Shown here: piece by piece, positions 35,582 to 64,000 of the stretch | How the letters are laid out: each line of letters starts with the position of its first letter | Numbering within the stretch: the stretch's first letter is position 1 | Assembly (NCBI GenBank): GCA_964016885.1 | Contig: OZ024741.1 | Coordinates: forward strand, 134,788,001 to 134,852,000 | DNA length: 64,000 nt | DNA from: Eledone cirrhosa | Taxonomy: Eukaryota | Reading direction: 5' to 3' | Made by a program: the position numbers and the translations under genes | Notes under the pieces: generated by a model | Told to the model about the DNA's origin: nothing | Seen by the model: only the letters and a program-made list of their open reading frames with translations | Databases searched by the model: none

Positions 35582-37054
35582 ACACAATCAGCTCTCTCTC
35601 TCTCTTCCATTCTCCTTCTCTGTCTCATCTCCCTCTCTCTATGTCTCTCTTTAAATCTACTCTCTCACAACCACTGTCTCTTTCTCTCTAGCCTCCTCTC
35701 TGTGTTTATGAAGGTACCCAGAAAAACCCCATAACTCAGGACACGTCCTACGATTTACGCGAAACTTATTTTATTCCATTTGTATTCGCATTTCAGGGCC
35801 AATTTCCTTTCAAAGTATTTTCCCATTATGCGCCCTTTTGGCTGTGTTACATTACAGACAAGCAAGCAATCACAGAGTTTTAGTAGTATGTAGATAGATA
35901 GAAATTGGACCAGTTGGCATGAAAATAATTTAACTGTAGCAGCCATTATCAATTTCATTTCTCTTCGCTGTTAGAGGAAGGGAAAGCACCGAAACATATT
36001 CAACACTGCCTGTCTAGTCAATATACCTCATGCATCTGTGTTGATTTCTAGAAACAAGACATTCTATTGATAACAAAACAGATGATATAATCCTGCTGTT
36101 TACAAATATATTAATTAACAGCAGGAATAAATAAAACAAAAGGAATGGAACCTGGTTCCTTAAGATCTCAGCTTCCCTGTAGTGTTGGTTACATAGGACT
36201 ATAGGGATGAATAATTAGTATTTTTACAGGAGGTGGGTTGAGAAATAAAAACGTAGAAAGAAGTGTCGTACTTCAATATTCTGAAATAAGGTTATGAGTT
36301 TCATTCCAGGACCCGATGGCACACTGTGTCCTTGAGCAAGACACTTTATTTCACATTACTCCAGTCTATTCAGCTGCTAAAAATGAGTTGCACCTGTAAC
36401 TCAAGGGTCAGTCATGTCAGTCAGTATCGTACTGAATCTCCCTGAGAACTATGTTAAGGGAACATGTGTCTGTCAAATGCTAAGCCACTTAGACTCACGT
36501 CGAACCACTCTCAGTAGAATTTGAAGTCAGAAATATTGATGTAGCTGGCTAGGAACTGTGGTATAAACATAGGTGGCTGAGCATTCTACAGGCATGTGTA
36601 CCTTTAACATACTTCTTTGGGAGATTCAGTATAACATACAGTGTGTGTCAAGGCTGGCCCTTTGAATTACAGCAACAGTTCACCTGATGGGTTTCCAGGC
36701 AGGTTCTATCTACCGAATTTCATTCACAAAACATGGATCAACCTGAGGCTATGGTAAATTACATTTGTCCAAAATGTCAGGCAGTGGAGTTGAACTCTGA
36801 ACTTAATGATTATAAGTGAACTTATTTACCATTTGTCATTGTTGCTGCATCCACTGTTAGGAATTATAAACCGCGTGAAAATAGCTCTCAACCAGAGGTC
36901 TAGTGAGGTTGTGAACCATAACTCCTAAAATCACGGAACAATCGACAGATCGGTCGTGTAGACTAATAACAGAAAATGAGGATGTGAGGAGGAGAAAGAG
37001 GGGAGTAGAAAATAGAGTGAGAAGAGAAAAAGAGTCGAAGAAGGAGGATACTGC

Positions 37055-37233
37055 TATAAAAGATCACGCAAGGCTTGTGGCTCCTAGTTCAGTCGCTCTG
37101 CGATCTCACGTAGGAGTCATCACACCCCAGTGAGTCTGGCTATTCGGCTCAAGTTTCCTACCGTATTACCTAAAACCACAGAAGAAATTCACTTCTTTCT
37201 TGAACACTCAAAAATACTATCAAATCTTTAATA
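37055..37233 (+). promoter_or_regulatory. Putative TATA/Inr and 5' UTR of copy 8
   Basis: TATAAAA at 37055-37061 and Inr-like TCAGT at 37089-37093. Confidence 0.5.
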
Positions 37234-40717
<3,484 letters not shown>

Positions 40718-41434
40718 ATTGCTTGAATTAATTAAAATGTAACAAGGTTTTGAAATAAATTTTGAAGTTAATCTATATTTTGTTCTATTTTTTTTTATTT
40801 CCTAATAATGTAATGATTTGATGGTTACTTTTGTGGTGTGGTGGTTGTAGGTAGGGTTATGGAGTATTTGTGCTGGGGTTTCTTGCCTATTTTATTTAGG
40901 TACTTTTCTACATTCCCTCATATAGTCCTTATGACAGGTGTGCGTATAGGGGGTGGGGTTATTTACTTAGACCATAGATCGGGTTTAATTGCTTTCACCA
41001 AAGTGAACTACTTTAACAGCAGTCCAGATGTTGGTGTTAAGAAGCTGTCCAACAGATATACTCACCTACCCACTACAATGATCTGTTCTGAACAAGACCC
41101 ACATATATGAATGTCCGATTTCTCTCTCGGTCCTTTTTTTCCTTTTCTCTTTCTTTTACTCAAATATTGGAACCATATAGCATTTTTTTCTCAATTGCCT
41201 ACTCAGCAAAAGCAATGTCCGTGCTACTTTTTAAGTCACCAAGAAAGGTGTGCGTGTAGAGTTGGTTCTTTCCTTAGACCATAGAACGGGTCTAAGTGCT
41301 TTAAAAAAAGTGAACATTCACAGTAGCCCCTACTCCAGCTGTTGGAGTTAAGCTGAAATAAAATAACTTTAAAGTGAAGCGCTTAACTAAACGCCCATGT
41401 TTTCACCAACTAGCTTTTCATGTTTTCTTTTTTC

Positions 41435-41465
<31 letters not shown>

Positions 41466-43105
41466 ATGAATGCATTATTCTTTTGAAATATGGCACGTGG
41501 CTAGCAAAGATGATTAAATAATTCCTAATACTTGACTTTGTGTGCTCGTCATTAGGGAGTTGGATCATAATTTTGTGGGTTCGGTTCTGGTGTTTTTGAG
41601 CAAAGATCATAATGTAGATTCGATTCCTGAACTAGGTCGCGTGTTCTTGAGTAAAACACTTCATTTTATGTTGTTACAGTATGTTCTCAGCTGAAAATGA
41701 GTGCCAGCTGTAACTGAGAGTTTAACCTTGCGATCGACTTGTGTTCTGTTCAGAGGAAAGTTTTATATTGTCAGTCACTTAACGTCAAGGAAATATAAAA
41801 TTGGAAGTGAAAGATTTTAATCTGTATTTTCTTGCTCAATTCCTAGAAGCGACTGGAATAAAAGTGATATTGGTAAATTAATCTTTAAGCCAATAATTAT
41901 TTGGTTTGGTCGGCATATAGTTATGACTACAACAATAACATTAACCATCACAACTATAACCACAATTACAGCAACAACAACTACAACAATTTGAATTCAG
42001 AACGTAATGGGCCATGACTATATGCCGACCACACTAATTAATAATTGGTTTAAATATTAATTTACCAATATCACTTTTATTCCAGTCGCTTCTAGGAACG
42101 TTCAGCAAGAAAATACAGATTAAAATCTTTCACTTCCCATTTTATGTTTCCTTGACGTTAAGTGACTGACAATATAAAACTTTCCTCTGGACAGGACACC
42201 AGTCGATCGCAAGGTTAAACTCTGAGATACAGCTGGCACTCATTTTCAGCTGAGAATATACTGGAACACAAAAATTGAACCCACAACACTATGGTCTTAA
42301 TTCCAACACCCTAACCACGAAGCCACGTTACTCAAGTACAGGGATTTACTCAACAATCTTAGCTAGCCATGTGCCATATTTAAAAACAATATTTCATTCA
42401 TTTAAAGAAAGACATCTGTTGTTAATTGGTGGAAATAAGGGTGTGGAGCTAAGATCTTTATTTACAGCTATGTTATTTCTGGTTGATTCCATTGCATAAC
42501 ACCTTAGGTATTTTACACTATAGCTCCAGATCAGGTGATTTCTCCACAACATTTGGTAGACAGCAACTGTGCAGAAGCCTGCTGCTGGGGCCATTCTTTT
42601 TCTTGGGTAAGTGAGTGTATATCTGATGGCCAGCTTAACACCAGCATCTGGATTTGGACCGCTGTTAAAGTTGTTCACTTTGTTGAAAGCACTTAGGTCC
42701 GTTCTATGGTCTAAGGAAAGAAACTCCCTACCCGGACACATGTCTTAGGAACTTGAAAAGGGGCACGGACATTGTCTTATTTGGATGAAGCCCCTGAGGA
42801 CAACTGCAATATGATTCCAAGAGATGAGTTGAAAAAAAAGAGTGAAAGAGAAAGTGGACATTCGTATATGTGAGCCTTGATCAGAACAGATCATTGTAGT
42901 TGTGGCAGGAAAGATGAGGGAACGTACATGAATAAAATAGGCCAGTGATCCCAAGCACACATTCTCCTTAGCACCCTTACATAGAACCACCACGCCACCA
43001 AAGTAACCATCAGACCATTACATGTATTGGGAAAAATAACAAAGAATAAAAAAGAACAAAACATTTATTTCGAAACATTGTTACATTTTAATTCATTTAG
43101 GAAAT

Positions 43106-48330
<5,225 letters not shown>

Positions 48331-50039
48331 CTACCCCCAAACATCCGAGTTCTTTCCAGTAGATCTGAGGGGCCCGATTTCATTAACAAGAAATATTCTG
48401 GGAAAAAAATTTCTCTGAATCTATCCAAGCCTCAATCTGTGTAATGGAGGTGACTAAGTGGTATATGTTGACTCGAAGTAAGAAGTCTCTCCACACATAG
48501 ATAATGAGGAGGTCTACAATACGTAGAGGTAGGTAGCAGTAATGGAATGAACTTACGTTACCTTGTTCCAGTTGTTTAATAAACAGAACAGCCTGATCAT
48601 GAAACTAACGTATATGTAGCTGAACATTCCAGACGTGTACCCATAACGTAATTATCAGGGAGATTCAACGTGGCAGTTTGTGACAGGGCAACCCCTTTAA
48701 ATTACAGGCACAGTTCATTACTAAGACAGTAACTTAACATGGTTCTTATAAAAATTATGTTGAAAGATTTTAATCTAAATAGAAACCCTTTAAAATGAGC
48801 GATTTTGTTTCATAGAACCAGAACCGGTTTTGGACAAGTTGGTATGAAAAGGAGCCATTATCAATTTCCTTTCTCTTCTTCGCTGTCAGAGGAAAGGCAA
48901 GCATCGAAACATATTCAACACTGCCTGTCTAGTCAATATACCTCATGCATCTGTATTGATTTCTAGAAACAAGACAGTCTATTGATAACAAAACATGATA
49001 TAATCCTGCTGTTTACAAATATATTAATTAACAGCAGGAATAAATAAAACAAAATAAAAGTGAAGAATGGAACCCGGTTCCTGAAGATCTCAGCTTCCCT
49101 GTAGTGTTGGTTACATAGGACTATAGGGATGAATAATTAGTATTTTACGGGAGGTGGGTTTAGAAATAAAAAGTGTCGTACTTCAATATTCTGAAATAAA
49201 GTTTTGAGTTTCATTCCCGGACCCGATGGCACACTGTGTCCTTGAGCAAGACACTTTTTTTCTCATTATTCCAGTCTATTCAGCTGCTAAAAATGAGTTG
49301 TACCTGTAACTCAAGGGTCAGTCATGTCAGTCAGTATCGTACTGAATCTCCCTGAGAACTATGTTAAGGGAACATGTGTCTGTCAAATGCTAAGCCACTT
49401 AGACTCAAGTCGAACCGCTCTCAGTAGAGTTTGAAGTCAGAAATATTGATGTAGCTGGCTAGGAACTGTGGTATAAACATAGGTGGCTGAGCATTCTACA
49501 GGCATGTGTGTCTTTAACATAACTCTCTGGGGGATTCAGCATAACATACAGTGTGTGTGTCAAGGCTGGCCCTTTGAATTACAGCAACAGTTCATCAGAT
49601 GGGTTTTCATTCACAAAACATGGATCAACCTGAGGCTATGGTAAATGACACTTGTCTAAAATGTCAAGCAGTGGAGTTGAACTCTGAACCTAATGATTAT
49701 AAGTGAACTTCTTAACCATTTGTTATTGCTGCTGCATCCACTGTTAGGAATTATAAACCGCGTGAAAAGAGCTCTCAACCAGAGGTCATGTAGGCTAATA
49801 AGAGAAAAGTAGGAAGAGAGGAGGAGAAAGAGGGGTGTAGAAAATAGAGTGAGAAGAGAAAAAGAGGGAGATGTTAAGAGACAAAGAAAGAGGATACCGC
49901 TATACAAGACCACGCAGTAATCGATACTCTTTATTCAGTCTGTCTATTCGGCTCAAGTTTCCTCCCGTATTTCCTAAAACCACAGAAGAAATTCACTTCT
50001 TTGTTTTGAACACTCAAAAATACTATCAAATCTTTAACA

Positions 50040-54252
<4,213 letters not shown>

Positions 54253-54819
54253 ATTTCCTGAATTAATTAAAATGTAACAAGGTTTTGAAATAAAATTTGG
54301 TGTTAATCTATATTTACCTCTTTTTTTTCTTCATTGATAAATTTCCAATACATGTAATGGTCTGACGGTTACTTTGGTGGTGTGGCAGTTCTAGGTAGAT
54401 GTGCTAAGGAGAATGTGGGCTGGGGTCACTTGCCTATTTGATTGATGTTCTTTTCTACATTCCCTCATCTAGTCCTTATGACAGGTGTGCGTGTAGGGGG
54501 TGGGGTTCTTTCCTTAGACCATAGATCGGATCTAATTGCTTTCACCAACAGCAGTCCAGATGTTGGTGTCAAACTGTCCAACAGATATACTCACCTACCC
54601 ACTACAATGATCTGTTCTGAACAAGGCCCACATATAGGAACGTTCTCTCTCTCAAGAACGGGCCTAAGCGCTTTCAAAAAAGTAAACATTAACATTTTTT
54701 TTTTTGCTGAATTCTCCTAGAAGCGACTGGAGTAAAAGTGATATTAATAAATTAATCTTTAAGCCAATAATTAATTAGTGTGGTCGGCACATAGTAGCGG
54801 CTCAATATTTTCTGAGCGC

Positions 54820-55007
54820 GTGGATTGGCAGTATCAGTAGAGGGTCGATCGCTATGCTTTGCAGCAAACAGTTACGGCCCTGTATGGTCTGAGTTCAAAT
54901 CCCGCCGAGGTTAACTTTGCCTTTCATCCTTACGGGGTCGATAAAATGAAGTACCAGTAATACACTAGGAAAATTGCTGGCCTTGTGCCAATTGTAGAAA
55001 CAATTAT
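54820..55007 (+). mobile_element. tRNA-derived SINE
   Basis: ggattggcagtatcagtagag...gagttcaaatcccgccgagg...gtagaaacaattatt; attttctgagc occurs on both sides. Confidence 0.8.
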
Positions 55008-57090
55008 TTTCTGAGCTCAAATTCCGCCAAGGTTAGCTTTGCCTTTCATCCTTATGAGGTCGATAAAATAAAGTACCAGTAACGCAGTGGGATTGATTAA
55101 ATCACCTTTCCCCCTACCCAAAATTGTTAGCCTTGTGGCAAGAATAAATTACATTATAAAGCAGTTTCCTCCCTTAGTATGACTTTTAATTGAAATTAAC
55201 ACGGCAGAACAAGGGAAACAACTACGTTGTTCCCTGATGTACTAGAAATAATAGGTGGTGGTGGTTATGGACGTGATTGTGGTGGTGTGTAGTGATGGTA
55301 GTGTTAGGCAGCTGTGATGTTGATAGTGACGGTGTAGTAGTGGTTTTGTGGTAGAGCTAGTTGGGTTAAGTTAGTAGTAATGGTGATATATAGTGTAGTA
55401 GTGGTAGAGTTGTTAATGGTAGTAACAGTATTGGTGGTGGTAGTGGGCACAGTAAAGCTATTCAGTCGAAGCGGGGTGTAATATGGAAAATATAAATCAC
55501 CACAACCACAACCACCACTACAACAATAACATTAACCATCACCTCAACCCCAACTATAACCACAATTACAGCAACTACAACTACAACAAACATTTGAATT
55601 CAGAACGGAATGGGCCATGACTATATGCCAACCACACCAATTGATAATTGGTTTAAATATTAATTTACCAATATCACTTTTATTCCAGTCGCTTCTAGAA
55701 AATTCAGCAAGAAAATACAAATTAAAATATTTCACTTCCCATTTTATGTTTCCTTGACGCTAAGTGACTGACAATATAAAACTTTCCTCTGGACAGGACA
55801 CCAGTCGATCGCAAGGTTAAACTCTGAGATACAGCTGGCACTCATTTTCAGCTGAGAATATACTGGAACACAAAAATCGAACCCACAACACTATGGTCTT
55901 AATTCCAACACCCTAACCACGAAGCCACGTTACTCAAGTACAGGGATTTACTCAACAATCTTAGCTAGCCATGTGCCATATTTAAAAACAATATTTCATT
56001 CATTTAAAGAAAGACATCTGTTGTTAGTTGGTGGAAATAAGGGTGTGTAGTTAAGATCTTTATTTACAGCTATGTTATTTCTGGTTGATTCCATTGCATA
56101 ACACCTTAGGTATTTTACACTATAGCTCCAGATCAGGTGATTTCTCCACAACATTTGGTAGACAGCAACTGTGCAGAAGCCTGCTGCTGGGGCCATTCTT
56201 TTTCTTGGGTGAGTGTATATCTGATGGCCAGCCTCACACCAGCATCTGGATTTGGACCGCTGTTAAAGTTGTTCACTTTGTTGAAAGCACTTAGGCCCAT
56301 TCTATGGTCTAAGGAAAGAAACTCCCGACTTTAACACCCGTCTTGAAAAGGGGCACGGACATTGCTTTTTTTCTGATGAAGCCACCGAGGACAACTGCAA
56401 TATGGTTTCAAGAGATGAGTTAAAAAAAAAAAGTGAAAGAGAAAGTGGACATTCGTATATGTGAGCCTTGATCAGAACAGATCATTGTAGTTGTGGCAGG
56501 AAAGATGAGGGAACGTACAAAAAAGTACATGACTAAAATAGGCCAGTGATACTTTAGTTGTGATGTTTAGTTGTACGATCAGCTGAACAACCAGCTCAAG
56601 AAATTAATATACATTTTGTTGAGCATTCCACTGATACGGGCCCTTAACGTATTTCTCAGGGGGGAGACTCAGAATGACAGTGTGTGACAAGAAATCGATG
56701 AAATGTTTAAAATTGAAATGGAGAAAGCTAGACAACATATTACAGGTTTAACCATTTTGTGAAGGCACCTGGCTTAATGGTTAGAGAACTCGTTTCCCAA
56801 TTGTGAGGTTACGAGTTCGATTCCCGGACCAGGCGATATATGTCCCTGAACAACACTATTTCACGTTGCTCCTGTCAGGAGTTGTGATCAGTAGATAGTA
56901 TCAGTAATAGAAAGACCAATGGAAACATTTTCTTGGTCCTACACACCAGCTTAATAATGAGATATTTCGTTTATTACTAAGCCCTTTCATTTTCGGAGGC
57001 AGTTTCTTTCATTAGAAATACGGTCGCGAAACGTTTAAATGCAAGGTTTCTTATTTTAATAACCATGCTGCAGTGTGTGATATTACTTAC

Positions 57091-57313
57091 CAAAGAATGT
57101 AGTTTCAAAATCTACAAAGACAGCTCTAGGGACATGTTTATCAGATCCTGTTTCACCGAAGAAAGTGTTGAAAGAGTCGACCCCACCACAAATAGTCTTG
57201 TCAGACGGCATTTGGCCATCAAGTTGGATACCATGTTCCAAACAATACAGCTCCCAGCAGGCATTACCATTCTGAACTCCAGCCTGTCCGACATGAATAC
57301 TAATACATTCCCT
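57091..57313 (-). pseudogene. Alpha-tubulin fragment (copy 11), exon 2 only
   Basis: 223-nt exon with many substitutions. Exon 3 is deleted at the junction ~56552 (3' flank joined to intron 2). No exon 1. Confidence 0.88.
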
Positions 57314-59762
57314 CTGGAAGAGAAACACCAAAAATATCAGATTAGTGTATGGCTAAAAAACTAATCTTTCGAACAGGTTTGGAGGTTGAAATCGCAAGAA
57401 AGGGCCCCTGGAAAAAAAAAAGCAAAAACTACTGTATAAACCTACTCCAAAACCTCGAGTTCTTCCCAGTATATCTGAGGGGCCAGATTTCATTAACAAG
57501 AAATATTCTGGGAAAAAATTTCTCTAAATCTATCCAAGCCTCAATCTGTGTAATGGAGGTGACTAAGTGGTATATGTTGAATCGAAGTAGCAGTCTCTCC
57601 ACACATAGATAATGAGGAGGTCTACAATACGTACAGGTGGGTAGCAGTAATGGAATGAACTTACGTTACTTTGTTCCAGTTGTTTAATAAATAGAACAGC
57701 CTGATCATGAAACTAACGTGTTAAGTGGCTGAACATTCCATAACGTAATCCTCAGGGAGATTCAGCATGTCAGTTTGTGACAGAGAAACACCTTTTCAAT
57801 TATAGGGACAGTTCATTACTAAGACAGTAACTTAACATGGTTCTTATAAAAACTATGAGTGCCAGCTGTAGCTGAGTGTTTAACCCTGCGATTGACTGGT
57901 GTCCTGTCCAGAGGAAAGTTATATATTGTCAGTCACCTAACGTCAAGGAAATATAAAATTGTAAGTGAAAGGTTTTAATTAGTATTTTCTTGCTGCCTTT
58001 ACCTAGAATTTACTCGAATAAAAGTGATATTGGTAAATTAATATTTAAACCACTAATTAATTGGTGTAGTCGGCATATAGTTATGGCCCATTACGTCCTG
58101 AGTTCAAAGTTAGCTTTGCATTTCATCCTTACGGGGTCGATAAAACAAAGTACCAGTGACGCACTGGAGTCGACCCTAAATTGTTAGCCTTGTGGCAAGA
58201 ATAAAAACTTTTATTAATGAGGGGTTAAAAGTTAACAGTACTTTTAATAAATTGCCTCCCTTAGTGTGACTTAGATTGAACGCGACAGAGCAAGGGGAAT
58301 AACTACGTTGTTCCCTGATGTACTAGAAATAATAGGTGGTGGTGGTTATGGACGTGATTGTGGTGGTGTGTAGTGATGGTAGTGTTAGGCAGCTGTGATG
58401 TTGATAGTGACGGTGTAGTAGTGGTTTTGTGGTAGAGCTAGTTGGGTTAAGTTAGTAGTAATGGTGATATATAGTGTAGTAGTGGTAGAGTTGTTAATGG
58501 TAGTAACAGTATTGGTGGTGGTATTGTTGGTGATAGTGGGCACAGTAAAGCTATTCAGTCGAAGCGGGGTGTAATATGGAAAATATAAGTCACCACAACC
58601 ACATCTATTACCACAACCTCAACCACCACTACAACAATAACATTAACCATCACCTCAACCCCAACTATAACCACAATTACAGCAACAACAACTACAACAA
58701 ACATTTGAATTCAGAACGGAATGGGCCATGACTATATGCCAACCACACTAATTAATAATTAGTTTAAATATTAATTTACCAATATCACTTTTATTCCAGT
58801 CGCTTCTAGAAAATTCAGCAAGTAAATACAAATTAAAATATTTCACTTCCCATTTTATGTTTCCTTGACGTTAAGTGACTGACAATATAAAACTTTCCTC
58901 TGGACAGGACACCAGTCGATCGCAAGGTTAAACTCTCAGTTACAGCTGATAATATACTGGAACAACGCAAAAGGATGTGTTTTGTTCAAGAACACAAGAA
59001 TCGAACACACAACATTATGGCCTTAATTCAAACACCCTAACCCCGAAGCCACGTTAGTCAAGTACCATCTTAGCTAGCCATGTGCCATATTTAAAAACAA
59101 TATTTCATTCATTTAAAGAAAGACTAGAAATAAGGGTGTGTAGTGAAGAGCTTCATTTACAGCTATGTTATTTCTGGTTGATTCCATTGCATAACACCTT
59201 AGGTGTTTTACACTATAGCTCCAAATCAGGTGATTTCTCAACATTTGGTAGACAGCGACTGTGCAGAGTTCTGCTGCTGGGGCCATTCTTTTTCTTGGGT
59301 GAGTATATCTACTGGCCAGCTTAACACCAATATCTGGATTTGGACTGCTGTTAAAGTTCACTTTGTTGATCGCACTTAAGCCCGTTCTATGGTCTAAAGA
59401 AAGAAACCCACTAGCCGCACACCTATATTAAAACTTGAAAAGTGGCACGGACACCTTTACTGATTAAGCCATTGAAGACAAATGCAATATGGTTTCAAGA
59501 GACGAGATAAGAAAAGAAAAAAAAAAAAAAAAGGGAAAGAGAAAGAGGACATTCGTACAGATCATTGTAGTGGTGGCAGGTCAGATGAGGGAACGTAGAA
59601 AAGTACATAACTTAAATAGGCAAGTGACCCCAGCACACATACACCAAAGTAACCATCAAACCATTACATGTATTGGGAAAATTAAGAAAACAAAAAACAA
59701 AATATACATTATCTTCAAATTTTATTTCAAAACCTTGTTACATTTTAATGAATTCAGGAAAT

Positions 59763-61794
<2,032 letters not shown>

Positions 61795-62617
61795 CTAAAA
61801 AACTAATCCTTTCTAAAAGATTTGAGCGTTGAAATCGCAAGAAAAAGCGTCTGGAAAGAAACTAAAAACTACTGTAAAGAAAAATTGCGAAACTGCAGGG
61901 ATGCTCCTCTTTCCTACGTCTAAAAAAAAAAAAAAAAAAAAAAAGAAATAACCGACTTCTTCCTTGTAGATTTGAAGGACCAGATCTCGTTAACACGAAA
62001 CACTCAGGGAAAAGAATTTCCCACCGGGCGCGAATTTGATGTCGATCTATAAATCTACCCAAGCTTCAATTGAGGTGAGTAAGTGGTAAATGTTGAATCG
62101 AAGTAGAAGTCTCTCCACACACAGATAATGAGGAGTTCTACAATACATACAGGTGGGTAACCTACGTTAGTTTTGACGAATGTTCCAGTTGTTTATCAAA
62201 CAGAACAGCCTGATCATGAAACTAATGTGTTAATTGGCTGAACATTCCAGATGTTTGCCCTTAATGTAATTCTCAGGGAAATTCAGCGTGGCATTTTTTG
62301 ACAGAGCAAGCCCTTTAAATTACACGCACGGTCCATTACTAAGACAGTAACTTAACATGATTCTTATAAAAATTATGTTGAAAGATTTAAATAGAAATCT
62401 TTTGAAATGAACTAGTCATTATCAATTTCCTTTCTCTTCGCTGTCAGAGGAAGGGCAAGCACCGAAACATATTCAACACTACTTGTCTAGTCAATATAAC
62501 TTGTGCATCTGTATTGATTTCTAAAAACAGCAGCAGGAATAAATATAATGAAACTGAAGTGAGGAATGGAAATCGGTTCCTTATGATTTCATAGCTTCCC
62601 CGTAGTTACATAGGAAT

Positions 62618-62772
62618 ATAATTGTTTCTACTTTTGGCACAAGGCCAGCAATTACCCAGTATGTACTGGTGCTTTACTTTATCGACCTCGTAAGGATGAA
62701 AGGAAAAGTTAACCTTGACGGGATTTGAAATGACCATAAAGGGACGTAACTATGCTGGAAAGCATGGCGTCA
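62618..62772 (-). mobile_element. 5'-truncated tRNA-derived SINE in intron 1 of copy 12
   Basis: Reverse complement of the 50661 family body and tail. Confidence 0.75.
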
Positions 62773-63964
62773 ATTCACCGCCCGCCCCCATACGAATATA
62801 GTGATAAATAATTAGTATTTTTACCGGAAGTGTGTTCACAAATGAAAAAGTAGAAAGGAGTGCTCAAGACGGAAGGTGAGGAAAGTGGAGAGAAAAGAAA
62901 TAATTAAAAGAGATGCAACTATTAGATATCTGAAAACAAAGAGGCGAGAAATGAAGAGAGAGAAAAGCAAGAAAAAGAGGGTGATAGGGATGAAGAGACG
63001 AGGGAAAGAGATGTGTTGTGACAGTTAAAAATAAAAGCGGGTTATTTCAATCCCGAGTGAGTCAGTAGTGGTTGTATATGAACAAATATAGTTAAGACAG
63101 ACACCTGCTACTTTTAAAGAGTTACTGCATTATTAAAGACAATTATTTCAGATCATCCTTCTCTTATTAAATATTAAAAATTGAAATTGTACTTCGTTTG
63201 ATTATCTTAAGGAAAAAAATAAAAAAAAATAAAAAAATACCGAACTGAAAAATTTGAAAATATATTTATATATAAAATCAGGGGAACTTCAATAGTCTGA
63301 AATAAGGCTGCTAAAAATAAGAAAAAAAAAAAAAAAAAAAAAAAGAATGTCTTAAGTTAAGTTGGAGAATTAAAAATATAAATCCCCTCCCATCATTAAA
63401 AAATACTAGCAGGTTCAAAATTTCACTAATTTAGTAAAATGTTTTAATATACAATAATTGCTGAGATTTAGTCAACGTTAGGAATTTTTATTTAGACGAT
63501 TGATTTAGTAGATTACATTTAGAATCAATCTTAATTAGCTAATTATTTGTCCGTGAAATTATGAGTAATGACTTATGACTAAAGGAGTGAATGTGTGTAT
63601 ATTAGCGGTAAAGTCAGCAAAAGGTAAGTTGAGCTGACCTCCAACACTTCAAAACTAGAAACTATATTTAGAAATCAGCATAATTTGACGTTGTCGCATT
63701 AATAATAATAATTGATAGATAACTGACTGGTCTTGCCGGTAAATGTATCTTTCACCACTGTGATAAATAATTCAAATAAATGATAGATGTCTGTAATTCG
63801 AAGAGCAACTCATTATTATTTATTTATTTATATTTTTTTTTATTTTTTTAAATTTTTTTTTTTTACATACAGGAAGATATTAAAATTCAACAACATATGT
63901 TATATATAATATAAACTATTTCTAAGACGAAGCTGAGGGTTCAATATCACAAGAAATGACTTTG

Positions 63965-64000
<36 letters not shown>

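Overview
AT-rich animal genomic DNA. The tRNA-derived SINEs, RTE/Penelope/Helitron content and long (TA)n tracts resemble a coleoid cephalopod such as Octopus; that assignment is inference. The whole window is an alpha-tubulin gene array with at least 12 copies in both orientations. The gene model is exon 1 ending in ATG only, a 223-nt exon 2 and a ~1.13-kb exon 3. Two copies are complete and intact (22803-27124 +, 37234-40717 +). Two are intact as far as visible but run off the window (1-868 +, 59763-61758 -). Eight are pseudogenes or fragments. Copies form tail-to-tail inverted pairs and head-to-head pairs in which one promoter/exon-1 cassette sits between inverted copies of intron 1. Insertions include two RTE-type LINEs (one with a PHD finger inside the RT, one with a 5' inversion), a hAT element carrying nested Penelope-like and Helitron pieces, a Chapaev3-like transposon and many SINE fragments. 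All coordinates were read by eye. Tubulin exon boundaries are reliable; repeat boundaries are approximate.
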